From the NCBI GenBank assembly GCA_020891255.1, contig BQFW01000013.1, positions 806,001 to 870,000 on the forward strand: DNA of 64,000 nucleotides. The letters run 5' to 3'. A model generated the notes under the pieces. It ran no database searches and was not told the origin of the DNA. It saw only the letters and a program-made list of their open reading frames with translations. The translations under genes were made by a program, and so were the position numbers. The DNA is from Entomortierella parvispora E1425 (lineage: Eukaryota > Fungi > Mortierellomycota). Positions 22,906-35,573 of the stretch are shown here, in pieces (position 1 is the stretch's first letter; every line of letters begins with the position of its first letter).

Positions 22906-24798
22906 GTTAATATACCTTTCAGACCTATGCATCTTTACAGTGTGTATCCGACACATTACCAAGGAACTGTGCACACACTGAGTTCAGTGTATACGAGCGC
23001 AGTTTGTAGTCACGCTGCATGACCTGCAACATGTCCAGCTGAAGACGTCCTTCCATGTTAATAGTCTTGTTTTCGCGATTTCCATAGGCCTTTGAAGAAA
23101 ATTTTGTGTCCTTGGCTTCAGTTCTGACGTCTACGGTCAAAAAAGTGATCAGTTAGTAGTCACTCCCATATGTATAATTCAAACTGATCAAGTTGGACTC
23201 CGCCCGTTGCACGTACCATTCAATCTTCCCAGGAAGGGAAACTTTAGCACTCCAAGATGTCTGGCTCGATCCAAGAGGTATGGGAAGTCGAAATTGGAGG
23301 TGTTGTAGCCAATGACAACGTCTGGGTCCACCGCACGGACAAAGTCACTCCATGCTTCCAAGAGCTTTTCCTCCTTGTCAAATGACATAGTGTGGGTACC
23401 AACGATATGTGAGCAAGTGTTGAGAACCATGACATTCCTGATGAAGGGCTTGGATTCGCCTTGGACTGTCACCATCGTAGCAATCTGAATAACGGGATCA
23501 ATTTTGGCTTCAGGAAAGATACCCTTGCGACCAGCGCACTCGATATCGAAACTCATGATTCTCAAGGGCGCAATCTTGGACCAATCTCCTTCAGGTTGAT
23601 GACTGATGATCTTTTCGTAGCTGTACATAAGAAGGAAAGGTCAACGACAGGCTCTACTTCCTGTAGTGAAAAAACTCCCTGAAAGCAAACGATGCACGTA
23701 CCTAATCTCGACATTGATTTGCGCATTCGAATTGCGGTCCTCGCGAGATTTGTAGGTGCCAGAAGGAAGTTCTATCCAATTTGCTCCGGTGACCTTGCAA
23801 TCGATCATGAATCGCAAAAGGTACGCCAAATTACTCTCATAGGTCTGAGCAGTAAAATCTGGGAATCCTTCAAAGGAGAATCCTCTCTCGATCGCCCGCT
23901 TTGCAGCAGCGATATTCTTTGGATCCTTGAGCGTAACTTTCAAAAATGGCGACTGTTCACCTCCATGGTATCCGTAAATCGACTCTTTCAGCTTCCATTC
24001 AATCTTGACAATGGTATTAAAACCTTTTTCAATTCCGCGCTACGGGGGGTTATTATGAAGACGATGACGATAGGTTAGACATTGTTCGTGCATGCATGCT
24101 CTTTATGTTCATGGACTCACCTCCAAGGCATCCTTGAATGCGGTAATGTTGTCGAGTTTGAACCCGACAGGAGCAGGAACATAAAAGTAGGGCAGAAATC
24201 CTGTAACGTGGCAGATGACACTGTTTCCAGTCTATGGTCATCACAAGAGAAAAGGTATAAGCGTTCTACTCTGCTGTTGGATCAAATACCCTCGCTGCAC
24301 GGTCGTGTTAAACTTACCTCAGTAATTCCAAAGAACCGGACCACTGGTGTTTGCGTTGCCGAGCTCATGTACTCATCAGCTTCGATCTGCTGGAAGACTA
24401 TTGGATCAGGGTCAAAAGTAAGGTTGTGGGTGTCAGCGATAATACACTGACCAGTTTTCTGAAGAATAAGTATCAACTGCCATTACTTAGTGCGTCTGTG
24501 CTCGGGTTGAGCTTTGGGAGTGTGGGTCTGGCCCACAAGAGCGAGGGATCATCCACTATTGAGTCGCGGAAGGATAAAAAAAAAGATGTTAGGAGTGGAC
24601 CATCAATCCTCCACACTACAGAGTTGTCTGAACGTCAGCGCAGTCAAGAGTGCAAGGACAGCACATCAGCATACCCTTTGTTGCCTGGTTGGTCTCCTGA
24701 AGCATCTCCAGGTCATCGAGGAAAGAAGGCTGTGACTCGAGCTGGGATGACCTTCCGTTCATGCGGCGCTTCTTTGCGGCATGGGATTCTTCGGACAT
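20435..24798 (-). CDS. POL3: DNA polymerase delta catalytic subunit, multi-exon
   Basis: Family-B motifs [94 protein letters not shown]; C-terminal Cys clusters CLGCKTP..CVNC and [23 protein letters not shown]. Confidence 0.98.
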
Positions 24799-25001
24799 GG
24801 TGGCGTAAAAGTCAAATGAGAATGCACAGAAAAAGAAAGAAGGGGTCAAAGACCAGTGGAAGCAGATGTCTTTCTTGGTAAGTCCAGCAGACAGCACTGA
24901 GGAAAGAGGAGATGTCGCAAGGAGGAACAAAGGACAGGAAGGAAGGAAGGAAGGACCTTTGCGAGAAACGGGTGGACACAACAGACGCGGTTGGGAAGGG
25001 C

Positions 25002-25003
<2 letters not shown>

Positions 25004-25043
<40 letters not shown>

Positions 25044-25045
25044 GC
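25004..25045 (+). repeat. (ACAG)n microsatellite in the POL3/NDUFA2 divergent intergenic region
   Basis: caaacagacagacagacagacagacagacagacagacgc. Confidence 0.9.
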
Positions 25046-25281
25046 GTTGGCGGTGTTGATTTTGAATGATCAACAGTCCTGCTGTTTGGTGTCTGAAAGT
25101 CTGAAATGAATTAGTGCGTGGAAATAAACAAGGGTGACGTCGACCATCCGTTATTTCCAGGCTCATTTATCATCCACCCACTCCGGATGCACTTTGATCA
25201 ACTTATAAGTCCCCCCTGTCTCCATTCTCTCTTTCCATCAGCAATACCCCCTCATCACCCCTACACATCTCTCCACTCACA

Positions 25282-26214
25282 ATGTTCTCCAAATCCCTCA
25301 AGGAGCTCCGCGTCCACTTTTGCCAAACTGGATCTGCCAGCAACGGCATCAGGTACTGACCGCATCCCTCTTCTCTCCCGACTGCTGTTTCGTCTCCATC
25401 TCTCGGAGCTCATCTCGGAGGACATACACGAAAACTTCTCGACGATCATGCACTCGGACCTCTCGACAACGAATCGGCGCGTGGTTTATCTGGACATGGA
25501 AAATGCAATCACCTTGGAGCAGTCATCAATGAAAACTGTGGATCGCGTTTGCAGCCATGGCCGGATCAGGAACATTACATATTATCTCGGAGTTGGATTC
25601 CGAGCTCTGCATCAATCCCCTGGTTGAACATTACCCTTCCAGATCTGCATGACCTCAGCCCTCAATCGAAATACTGACATGGGTTTCCCAATTTTCTCTA
25701 TTATAGACAATTCATTGCCTCCAACTACACTGCCGTCAAGGCCGCCAACCCTAACCTCCCCATTCTCATCCGCGAGGCCAAGGGTGCTGAGGCCAAGATC
25801 TTTGCTCGCTTCGGTAAGACGCTCGGACAGACATGCAGTCTTAGACTAGAACTGACTGGGTGACATGGATACTACGTTGGACATTGACAAGAGCGTTGGA
25901 TATCACCAACAATAAGAATTTTGTCGGATTGAGTGTATGGCATGGAACAACAAAAGCACGACTTTCATCAGCCGGATGCAGAGTGACAACGATCGACGGG
26001 ACTCGGATCAGCGGACCATGCTAAGAAAAAAAAATACACGTCCATTTGCTGGCCAACATTCAAGAGGACCCGTCCCTCACTCAAATTTCACCGCTAATCA
26101 ATCGAATCTTTTTACCTGATCCTTCTTATAGAGCACGGTGTCGAGAAGAAGGTCTCTTTGGATGGATTGAGCGCAAAGGAAATTGAGCAGAAGCTTGCCA
26201 CTCTTGTCAAGTAA
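25282..26214 (+). CDS. NDUFA2: NADH:ubiquinone oxidoreductase subunit B8 (complex I), 3 exons
   Basis: MFSKSLKELRVHFCQTGSASNGIR|QFIASNYTAVKAANPNLPILIREAKGAEAKIFARF|EHGVEKKVSLDGLSAKEIEQKLATLVK*; exons ~25282-25352, 25708-25814, 26132-26214. Confidence 0.93.
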
Positions 26215-26961
26215 ATTGCCGTTAGACAGAAACCTAGAACCGCCCTATCCCAACCAAAACACGACCCAACCCCCGACTCATGCTGTCATGAGCAGCAGGA
26301 AGCAGGAAGCATAGAGACTATAAGAAAATAATTATCTCAAATCATCATCATGGAATGAGCTCGTGGCGGCGCCATCTTGGGAGGAATCGGATGACTGGAT
26401 CGTGATTTAACCATTGGTCACAACCTTTCTGTCTGGCCTTTTTGACAATACGTGGTCTGTGAAGCAAAAACTTTTTACAGTTGATCAAAGAATGGACTCA
26501 TTCATAAGGGGTGTCTTTGGTTGTAACGCTTTAGTCAGAGAAGTGAGGGGAGGAATTAGTCAAATCAACTCAGTCCAATGGGGCTAGATATCTTCCCCAT
26601 GGTGAGACCATTGAGACCATTGGTGAGGGGTTCGGCTGCTTTTGGACTTGGCTATTGGTGTTATTTCCGACACCCTCGGCGGGATTTTGGGCTTTAAGGC
26701 TATGGGCGATTTGAGCAGGGGGTTTTTTTTATTCTCTGTTATGTCCTGATTGTTTGAATTCACATACCGCTGCAGTTGGGTGCCAGAACGTGCTAAGAAG
26801 GGTCAAGAAAGGCTGCCAGTTGCCAACCAAGGCAGGTCAAAGTGTTATACCTGCATCTTCTTGATCGGGTAGCCATTCACAGGGATCAGTTTGTTCGTGT
26901 CTCTCCTCGACTTGACTTTCCTCGAAGACCTCCCGACTTTCCTCGAGAACCTGCTCCTGCT

Positions 26962-29952
26962 CTAACTCGTTTTCCTGGAGAGCCTGCTTTTTCTCCACTG
27001 GGCTTTCTTCGAGAACTCGATCCGCCATGATTCAGTGGAACTAGAGTTTTGTTCGTGGCCATCACTATCATCATGCGAGCGTTTCAATTGTCTGTACACA
27101 CTGGCCACTTCAGAGGGGAAAAGGTCCGACGCAGTCTCTCCGTCTATAACCTTGAAGAGTTGATTCCATTGTTCAGCCACAAGCGGAGTGTCCTGGAGTT
27201 CACGGATTGACGCACCGTAGCTTTGGTGCCTCCAGTCTCTTGGGGCGCCAGAAATAACAGCTGGCAAACACACAATCAAACTGAGGTAAGTCTTCGAAGG
27301 GCAATAGTCCGCCAGATTATCAAGAATACTCAGGATCTTTTCGGTAGAGATTGTCGTCCTCGCTTCCTGCACAAGCTTTGGCGGAAGTGACTTCACAAGT
27401 TTGAGCTGCACGAAAACTGGGAACTTGACGTCGTTCAACTCAATCACAAATATGACATCGGGTCCAGAAGGGGTCTTTGGCGGGTAAAAAAAAGCTGAAA
27501 CTGGTTGGCCGTCCTGTCTTCTAGAGTTGTTGAAGTAATGGGCGCTTAAAAAGTCATCGATCCGAATCGTCTCAAAGCTTTGGCCCCAAGCTTCCCCCCT
27601 CCAACCAACAATACTGGCCTTGTGTTGAAAGAGATCATTTGGGAAGATGGGTTGTCCAAAATCAATAATAGTGTCGGCGTTTTCGAGATTGTGGGGTTTG
27701 TACTTCGTGGGTTCTTTGAACATAATTTTCTGCAGGGTTCTGCCTTGGATCATCTTGACCAACGACAACGGTTGCTGGCGCTCGCTGATGGTGCTGATTG
27801 CCTGAGCATCCCCAATCGAAGCGTACATTCGTCGAAAGTATTCGCCGAAATCACGGTCGTTCTGTAATACGTAGTTGATGACGCCTTGAATCACCCATGG
27901 CTCACTGACCGTTGTTTCCAATTCACGATCCTTCCACGTACACTCGGTCATGCATCGTAAACGAGCGAAAGCTGCCTCGACATAGATCGGCTTTTCGCCG
28001 GGTTTCGACCATGGAAGACCAAAGCAAGTCCATGAAAATACTATCTCGCGAAGTGTAACTGTCATTTCGTCCAATTCAGCCAGCCCCCCGTTCTTTGCTA
28101 GTTTTTCGAACATCCTACGAATATCGGCGACAAGGTTTCCTCGTTCCGCAGTCCCGTCGACAGCATCCGTCAATTTATTTTTCATTTTGATGATTGCCTC
28201 CATAGGGTTTTCCCCCGCCAAAATTCCTTCGACTGTGGTTACGATAGGGCGGGCTCGGCCAGCTAACATGCGGAAAAGCTCTCTAGCGAGTTGCGGAGTA
28301 AATATACTCCAAAACCTTTCCTGGTCGTCGGGAGCCAGGCACGAGCAGACGTCTTGCAGGTACCGGTTGACGTCCTCCAGTAGATCGAAGCTGGGAAATT
28401 GTAACACACGAGCCTCTACTTTATCAAGGCCGTGCCCAACACGGGATGACGGCCTATGTAGAAAATCAATGTCATCTCCGCTCAGACCAGTCCCACAAGT
28501 CACCAGACAAAAGTCGGAATCGAACTGCCCGTAGGAAACTCCGAGCGATTCCTCCAAAGCATTGACAATAGGCGAGAATATCGTGCGTTGGCAAGACCCA
28601 TCCGACGATGAGAAGGTCCCAAACCCCTCATCCATGAGAGTTTGCGCCTCATCAAGGATGACAATGACCTTCCCAGGCAAGCCTCCAGGTAGCTCCTTGA
28701 ACTTTTCTTGAACTTCTGTGAAAGCTTTACGTGCCTCCACAAAGATGTGGTTGAGCGCCAGGTGTGGTGTCGTCTCATAGATTGCTGCCAAATCTGTAAA
28801 GATTTGGGCAAAGACATCAACCCTGAGTTCCTTGAATGCACCCGGACAGACCTGGGACAACATCAGTCTCTCAGCGGAAAAAGATCCCCAGCTGGGATGC
28901 TCTGACATCTTCTTCAAGACACAGAGTCGAGCAAGGACCAAACAGGCGGTCAAGCCTCGCACGTTACCACAATGCGAAAAATATCGTAGTTGATCGTTGG
29001 TGATGCGATTGATAAGTGCCGCTACGTCTCCTGAACCTCTGTCCGTGGTACTCGCGTTGAAGTACATCCCAGGATTTTTAGAGAGCATCTCAATAGCTGA
29101 TCTTCTCTTGCCAGAGCCACTCGGACCAAAAATCGACATAAAATTGAGAAGATTGTTCTCTTTGATGATCCCGAGAGCCTGATCAGATGCGTTCATAGCC
29201 CAAGTCGGGTGGGCTCGAGTGGGGTGAAGGAGGTAGAGGGCAGGACGATCACGAGAGTAGTTGCTCTCTTTGTTTCGTGTCCAGGACTTTGGAAGACCTT
29301 TAACGACAGTGCCTTCAGCAGGTGGGAGCTGAATCTTGTCTCGAATAAACGCGTCAAGAAAGGCAGCTACGTGTGTGTTCTCAACCAACCACTTCTGCAC
29401 TATATCCAAGAGCGCAGCTTGAACTGGATGTGGCGTCAGCTGTTGCCGTAGGGCGAAAATTCACAATGAATTTCCAACTTCATAAAAACTTACATTGCGC
29501 TATAGCTTGTGCTGCCATAGCCTGTGCTCTGGGATCCAAAGTTGGCGCCGGGAGTCGACCGGATCCACCTGGGGTAACTGGAGGGCAACAAATACCTACT
29601 GATAAATGATCTTACTTCAATCAACACCAATTGACATCGAGGCGTTACCTTGCTGTGGAGGCTGCATCACGATCACGTAACGGTCTTCCAGAAACGAAGA
29701 AAGGCGTCGTGACGGGTCCAGCCACTCTTTGTTTTTCAGGGTTCTGAGCGTGATGTTTGAGCCCGGCTCAGCCATGGTGCGGTCCACTTTCCAGAGAGTG
29801 GGCGGATTTTGGGGGACGAACTCGAGTTTCAGCAATTCCAAAATACGCTGCGCGAGTCTAGAAACAGTGGCATTTGATATCACCGCCACATCAAATGCTC
29901 GCGAAGTGGGGTTTCCATCTAGGAGACACATAACGCTTAACGCATCGGCCAT
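26962..29952 (-). CDS. Crinkler (CRN)-type effector-like protein: CRN ubiquitin-like header + P-loop NTPase + restriction-endonuclease-like C-terminus
   Basis: Exon 1 MADALSVMCLLDGNPTSRAFDV...LWKV...LDPSRRLS...VIVMQPPQQG|gtaacg (29952-29649); 815-codon ORF 26962-29409 with IFGPSGSGKR, VILDEAQTL, VTCGTGLS and FYPPKTPSGPDVIF...VFVQLK. The exact exon linkage between header and body is not resolved. Confidence 0.85.
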
Positions 29953-30301
29953 TTTTAGGGTGTATTTGCCGATTGGTCCAGGAAATGGTAAATGAGTGAA
30001 TGAGATTGAGAAGGTGAAGAAAATGGCACGCACAAGAGAACCAGACCTTCAAACTCACGTAATCTAAACGATGTTCGACCCTCACCCACCATTTGATACG
30101 CGACACTTCGGTAGAGCAATCCTTCCCTTCATGATTTTATTATCAGTACATGGTCCGCCTTTCTATTCCCCATTGACCGACACTGACCGAGGCCAGCACG
30201 CTCTGATAGGATTGCCATATCCCGCCCAGAGCCCCTCAAGCCCAGTACGCAACGGTGGCAAACTAACGCTTAGTAGTAGATTGTTGTAGTCGTTTGTTTT
30301 T

Positions 30302-32794
30302 CTACGATGACTCTTTATCCTTCCCATCTGAGATCTTGTCCAACGCAGACAGAAGGCCAACATAGTCCGGATCCGAGAGTCGATCGACCTTTTCCCCAGC
30401 AGCAGCAACAGCAGTATTGGTGCTGCCAATCGAAGAAGAAGAAGTGCGGGAGGAAGCAGATGTCGCTGGAGCAGATATCGAGAGCTTTCTCCACTTCTGG
30501 TGTAGATCAGACACATTGCGCGCGGGCAGGTACTGCGCGCGCACATCTGCCCAGTTGTTGCCATAGCGTCGCACACCTTGTTTCAAGAGCATGACTTCCA
30601 TATCTGTCCAGCCATCGTCTTCTTGCCCATTTGGAAGAGCATCCTTGCCGTAATAGGTGTCAGCTAGTCTCCGACCTGACTGCATGCGAATCCGTCCTGG
30701 CTGAGCAGCGAGGAACTCCCAGCATGACCTGCACTGCTCCGCAGTAAAATGGCGGGGTACCGAAAGAACAACATCTGACGGAAGATCCGATGGTTCCGGA
30801 TTCGCCTTTATCGTCGGTTTAGCCAGCTTTGTCAAAGCAGGTGGGAGAGGATCTTCCTCTTCTCCTTGGGACTGCATCTTCAGTTCCCTTGATATCCGAC
30901 TCCAATCGACCTCAGAGTTGGCCCTAAACACGCCCTCCTTCTGCTGAAGTACGAGCTCCTGCAATGTCTGAAGTTTGGATTGGGTCCAGTTGGGTCGGAC
31001 AATATTTTGATGAGGGTCGTTCAGAACGGACTCAGAGATGGTTGTCATCTTGGCCAGCAAAGGTTTAGCGACCGACTCTTCAATCAACCTCAGCAACTCG
31101 TTTGGTGTCCTGAGAGTTGTCGCCCGGTATATGTCCTTTGTTTGTTGTCCCTTGACAGCCTCTAGAGGAATGTTCAACTCCAAGGTGTGATTGACCGCTG
31201 TGATAAAATATCGTTCACAGTCAACCTTGCTCCGGTGCCGCAGCCATCTCGATATTTCCTTTCCCAAAGATAGGTCCCTGCACATTTCAGCAATAATTGT
31301 CGTGTTCCTCATCTTGTCTCTTCGCGACGTCTTCATCATCTTGAGGAGTTGTTGCCCCTGCTTTTGATCCTTCATCAGGTAGGTCCAGACCATCCAAAAT
31401 TGAAAGCGCTCAAATCGATGCCAGGAAGTTGTCTGCGCACTTTTGTCCCCGTCCTCCATATTGATAAGGTCGCTCCACCGGCGTTGGCACTGCTGAGGTG
31501 TATGATTTCCAAGAGCCAATGCTATATCCTCCCAGATGGCCAGTCTCTCCAAAGGCTGACTGAGCCTTTCGTCTACAGGCGATCGATCGGAGGGAAGTGT
31601 TATACGTCCAGTTATAGAAATCCTTCGAGCAAGATCTATAACCCGTCGAGTCATTATAAGGTCATCTTCGAGCCCCCATCGAGTGCCATGCTTGAGCGAG
31701 CCCTTGTAAAGAGCCTCTGCAGTTGAAGGCTCTGTTTCGACCGGGGTTGTCGCCTCTGATGTAACGCCTCCATGTTGATCTTTTTTGGAACGTCGCAGTT
31801 CTCGACCCGACCAATACTTCATCAAGGAATCCGCGTATTTTGCGACCCTGGTCCAATTTTCGCCATGGATTTCAACTCCTCGATGAATTGCCTCTAGTAA
31901 GCTATTGTGGCGATCTTGATTCTTGGTACGGTTTAAAAAAGACTTGTAGGCAGCGTATTTTTGAACAATAGCCACCCTGTGGATGGGAAGAAAGGTATCC
32001 GGCTTCCCCTCAGTAGGCTTCTTTTGTTCAAACGGCTTCGTTTCCAGGGAAGGGTCGGGGATAGGCCAGGGTTCCCGCATTAATTCGAGCTTGGCGATGT
32101 CGCTAAATTGAATTTTCTTCTGATCCTTCAAGTAGATCAGATACTGCAGCATCTCCTCGTTCTGTTGGCCATTAGGCAGAAGCCAGGATTTCAGGTTAGG
32201 ATCGAGTACTGTGTGGAAGCGATGATGACTGGCTGAATATGGAAGACCCATTTCGAGGTCGATGTCCCGCCATGCAATCCGATCTCGGTAGAGCTGTAGC
32301 AATTCCTCGTCCATAGCCTGGTTCCAGACAATTTTAGACGACGACCCTAAGTAACGAGCAGCCGCGGCGGCGAGCTCTTCAGCCGTGGCTTGCCGAGGGG
32401 GATGTCCTAAATCTTTGCGAAGCTGTCGAAGTTGGGGGGTCTCCTTGGCAGGTTTTTTGGTATCCGGTCTTGGAATCAATTTTGGGCCCTTGACATCAGA
32501 ACTACCCGAAGGTGGGGATCGAGCAGAGACAGACTGCTTTCCTTCTTTTCTGCCTGCTTTTCCACTCAATTTCTGGACACCATTCCTGCCAGATTTGGCG
32601 GTGGCAGTTCCTGTGGACGAAAAGCGAGCGAATCTGCTAAGCACAGTCCAGGCATCTGTCGTCCCTGGTTTGGACACGGCGTGATGGAGCATTAACGGAA
32701 GAGTTTGTGCATGGCTTGATTGTGCAATTGTTCTGCGGGCTAACGTTAATGAGAGAAGCTGGCATGCGAGCCGCGGCGGATGCTGATGCGCCAT
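30302..32794 (-). CDS. Multi-Myb/SANT repeat protein with an Arg/Ser-rich, possibly mitochondrial, N-terminus
   Basis: Intronless ORF; Myb-like repeats WNQAMDEELL, WEDIALALGNHTPQQCQRRW, WTDMEVMLLKQGVRRYGNNWADVRAQYLPARNVSDLHQKW; start placed at MAHQHPPRL (32794). Confidence 0.75.
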   Translation of the reverse strand: MAHQHPPRLACQLLSLTLARRTIAQSSHAQTLPLMLHHAVSKPGTTDAWTVLSRFARFSSTGTATAKSGRNGVQKLSGKAGRKEGKQSVSARSPPSGSSDVKGPKLIPRPDTKKPAKETPQLRQLRKDLGHPPRQATAEELAAAAARYLGSSSKIVWNQAMDEELLQLYRDRIAWRDIDLEMGLPYSASHHRFHTVLDPNLKSWLLPNGQQNEEMLQYLIYLKDQKKIQFSDIAKLELMREPWPIPDPSLETKPFEQKKPTEGKPDTFLPIHRVAIVQKYAAYKSFLNRTKNQDRHNSLLEAIHRGVEIHGENWTRVAKYADSLMKYWSGRELRRSKKDQHGGVTSEATTPVETEPSTAEALYKGSLKHGTRWGLEDDLIMTRRVIDLARRISITGRITLPSDRSPVDERLSQPLERLAIWEDIALALGNHTPQQCQRRWSDLINMEDGDKSAQTTSWHRFERFQFWMVWTYLMKDQKQGQQLLKMMKTSRRDKMRNTTIIAEMCRDLSLGKEISRWLRHRSKVDCERYFITAVNHTLELNIPLEAVKGQQTKDIYRATTLRTPNELLRLIEESVAKPLLAKMTTISESVLNDPHQNIVRPNWTQSKLQTLQELVLQQKEGVFRANSEVDWSRISRELKMQSQGEEEDPLPPALTKLAKPTIKANPEPSDLPSDVVLSVPRHFTAEQCRSCWEFLAAQPGRIRMQSGRRLADTYYGKDALPNGQEDDGWTDMEVMLLKQGVRRYGNNWADVRAQYLPARNVSDLHQKWRKLSISAPATSASSRTSSSSIGSTNTAVAAAGEKVDRLSDPDYVGLLSALDKISDGKDKESS

Positions 32795-33799
32795 GGGAAG
32801 GATGAGGAAGGACAAGAAAAACGAAACAGACAGACATGGACGCATGAGATGTCTGCTTGATCGAGGGATCCGGAACCAGTGGCTTAGATGTCGAGGCACA
32901 ACTGGGCGACGCGTCGCCAGCGCACAAACAACGCGCCGATGAGAAGGGAAGAGAAGCCTTCTCTCCTATTTTGTCGTCGCTCTGTCCACGTTGCACTGCT
33001 GGCCGACAGGAAACGGACTCTGGCCGGTGAGCCATTGCCTTGGTCGTAAACTTGGGTGGGACCATGACCATTGTGCCAAGGGTGATTCATGTCAGAAAAG
33101 GAGGTTCTCGTGAGGGAAAAATGGTAATCCAGCCTGGTTCCGTTCTATCAATCTAAAGCGAGTGTGTGTGTGAGTTGTGTAGAGAGAGGGTACGAACACA
33201 CGGATAGATCGGATGACGACCTCCTGAAAACGCCATTGTCAACATTTTGCTCACTTGCTCCTGATCCGCGATGGGGTCAATTGTAGAGAAAGATTGAGAG
33301 GAAGAGGAGAGAGCCAACAAGGATGCCTCCGTGGCTTTCCTTGGACTCTTTTTTTTATTAGTATCATTGTCGAGGTGAGATCACCATACGCGAAAGTCTT
33401 TTTATAATAACCTTTTGTTCTTCGCAGGTTTATCCTTCGTAGTACCGTGGTAGAGTAGCTTTATGTGGCTGTTTGTCTGTTTGTCCCAAGACTGACTACT
33501 GTCTATCCTTTCCTACGTTGTTCTCTTATTACTCCTCTTCCTCTTCTCTCTGTCCCTCTTTTCTTCTTCCATTCCTCTTTGTCTTTTCAACATTTCCCTC
33601 TTTTCTCTCTTCTCTCTTCTCTCTTCTCTCTCCTTTCTCTCCCTCGATCCTACACCACCAACAGATATCAACCATCGTTGGCTACACTCAGCCACACTGT
33701 TCAACAGCCCCACCCCTCTTTGCGTTGATCGTTCAAAGCTCGTTGCACACTTAATCTACCTACCTATCTTCCTCACTCCTACCTCCACCCACTCACTCG

Positions 33800-34886
33800 A
33801 TGGTTTCTAAATCCTCATTGCTGCTGACAGTAGTCGCAGCCCTGGCTTACACCACCCAGGTGCACTCACAGCTCGTTGTTTCCCAATTCCTGGTCGCTCA
33901 CTTTGACGGCTCCCGTATGTACATGTTATTACCCTGATCAGCCAAAAGCCAAAAGCCAAAAAAAAATGTCAGGACGATACCCTTGCACATCCTCCATCCC
34001 CATCTGATCTATTTTCATCGAATTCACCCTTCACTCTCTTTGTACATCTCCTTCTGTCTCTTTTCCTTTTCCTTCTGCTTGATCCGTTTCAACCCAACTT
34101 TTTTTTATTTTTTCTCATTTTTTGTTTCCTTTTTTCTTATTCTAGAGGGAGTTGTGGCCGATTTCCAGTTCTCGTCTCTTCAGAGCGGACCTGGAGCACA
34201 GGTTGACATTGATGTGAAGAGTGGACTCAATGCTCAGGTTGCAGTCTACCCGAAGGCCGGATTCGAATACCATATCCATGTGAATCCTGTAGGGCCCAAC
34301 CATGACTGTATGGCGACAGGAGGACATTTGGATCCTTTGAACGTTGGAACGACTTTCAAGTGCACCACAAAGACACCGGCCGACAAGTGCCAAGAGGGCG
34401 ATCTCTCTGGTAAAGAAACGGAATAGAAATAGATTGCTACAGACTCTTTTTTGACTGTCCTAGTGAAAAAAGGAAGAGACAAGAAAAGACAAGAAAACTC
34501 ATCGATCCTGCGGTCGCCATCTTTTTTTTTTCCTTTTAGGCAAGCATGGAAACATCACGGCGACTGCTGACGGCAAGTCAAAAAAGATCTCTTATATTGA
34601 CCATCAACTCCAGTTCTCGGGCGCGACAACGACTATTGTGGGCCGATCGGTGGTGATTCACAACAATGGAGCTCGGATGGCCTGTGCGGACATTGTCTCT
34701 CCGGGGTCCGGTGATGCAGACAAGAGTAGCGATGGTGACAATCCATCGGCGACGGCAGAGTCGGCACAGAAGGCACAGGCACAGTCCAATTCAGCACAGG
34801 GAGGGCGATGGATCGGCAGGGAGAAGGCAACAACAGCGTTGGCAGTGGTCGCGACAGGAGTCATGGGTCTTTTGAGCGCACTTTAA
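33800..34886 (+). CDS. Secreted, probably GPI-anchored Cu-only superoxide dismutase (SOD5-like), 3 exons
   Basis: Signal peptide MVSKSSLLLTVVAALAYTTQVHS; FEYHIH, GGHLDP, CQEGDLSG|KHG, GRSVVIH..RMACA; hydrophobic C-terminal tail ATTALAVVATGVMGLLSAL. Confidence 0.85.
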
Positions 34887-35573
34887 AGTGGACGAAGGAA
34901 TGAAGGGGGTAGGACTAGCGGCTGAATAGATAGAGGGTCTGTCAGCGCAGTTAGGCCTGTAAACGAGCAAGAGACGCGTCCTGTTTGTTTTTAGTCTGTG
35001 AACCAACGATCTACATTACTAAATAGAATGGAAAGAAAGAGAAAGGAGGGCCGGCAAACAGATGCAATGCAATGAAATGAAATAGGGCTGGCGCGTGTTC
35101 CCTTGGAAAGAGGAAGGAAGGGAAAAAAGAAAAAGACAAAAAGCAGGTAGAGAGCAAAGGGCATGCTCTCGTCAGCCAAGCACAGAGTGCAAAAAAAGAA
35201 CAAATCGGACCTCGAGCTGGAAATGCCAGCCCAGCCCGTCCCAGCACGCACGCACAAGGACAGGGAAAGGAAAGAGCAAAGGGGACGTGTCAGTCGCTCG
35301 GGTTGTCGCTCTGTCTGTTTCAGTGACACACATACAGACACAGGGGCATCTCTTTCATCCTTTCACGGGCTGAATCACCCATTCATTCATTCATTCATTC
35401 ATTCATTCATCCCTCCTTCCTTCCTTCCTTCCTTTCTCTTCTCTTTCCCCTTCTCTTCCTCTTCCTCTCTCATCCCTATTCTGCCCTTTTTGTGCCTGTT
35501 GACGCACACACGCTTGCTCTTTCTCAGACCCACCTACTTTTAATCCCCCTTTACACAGCACATCATCATCATC

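Noticed and set aside
26837-27028. Glu-rich ORF MADRVLEESPVEKKQ... overlapping the CRN 3' end
   Set aside because: It could be an alternative CRN tail, but no convincing splice sites were found; left unresolved.
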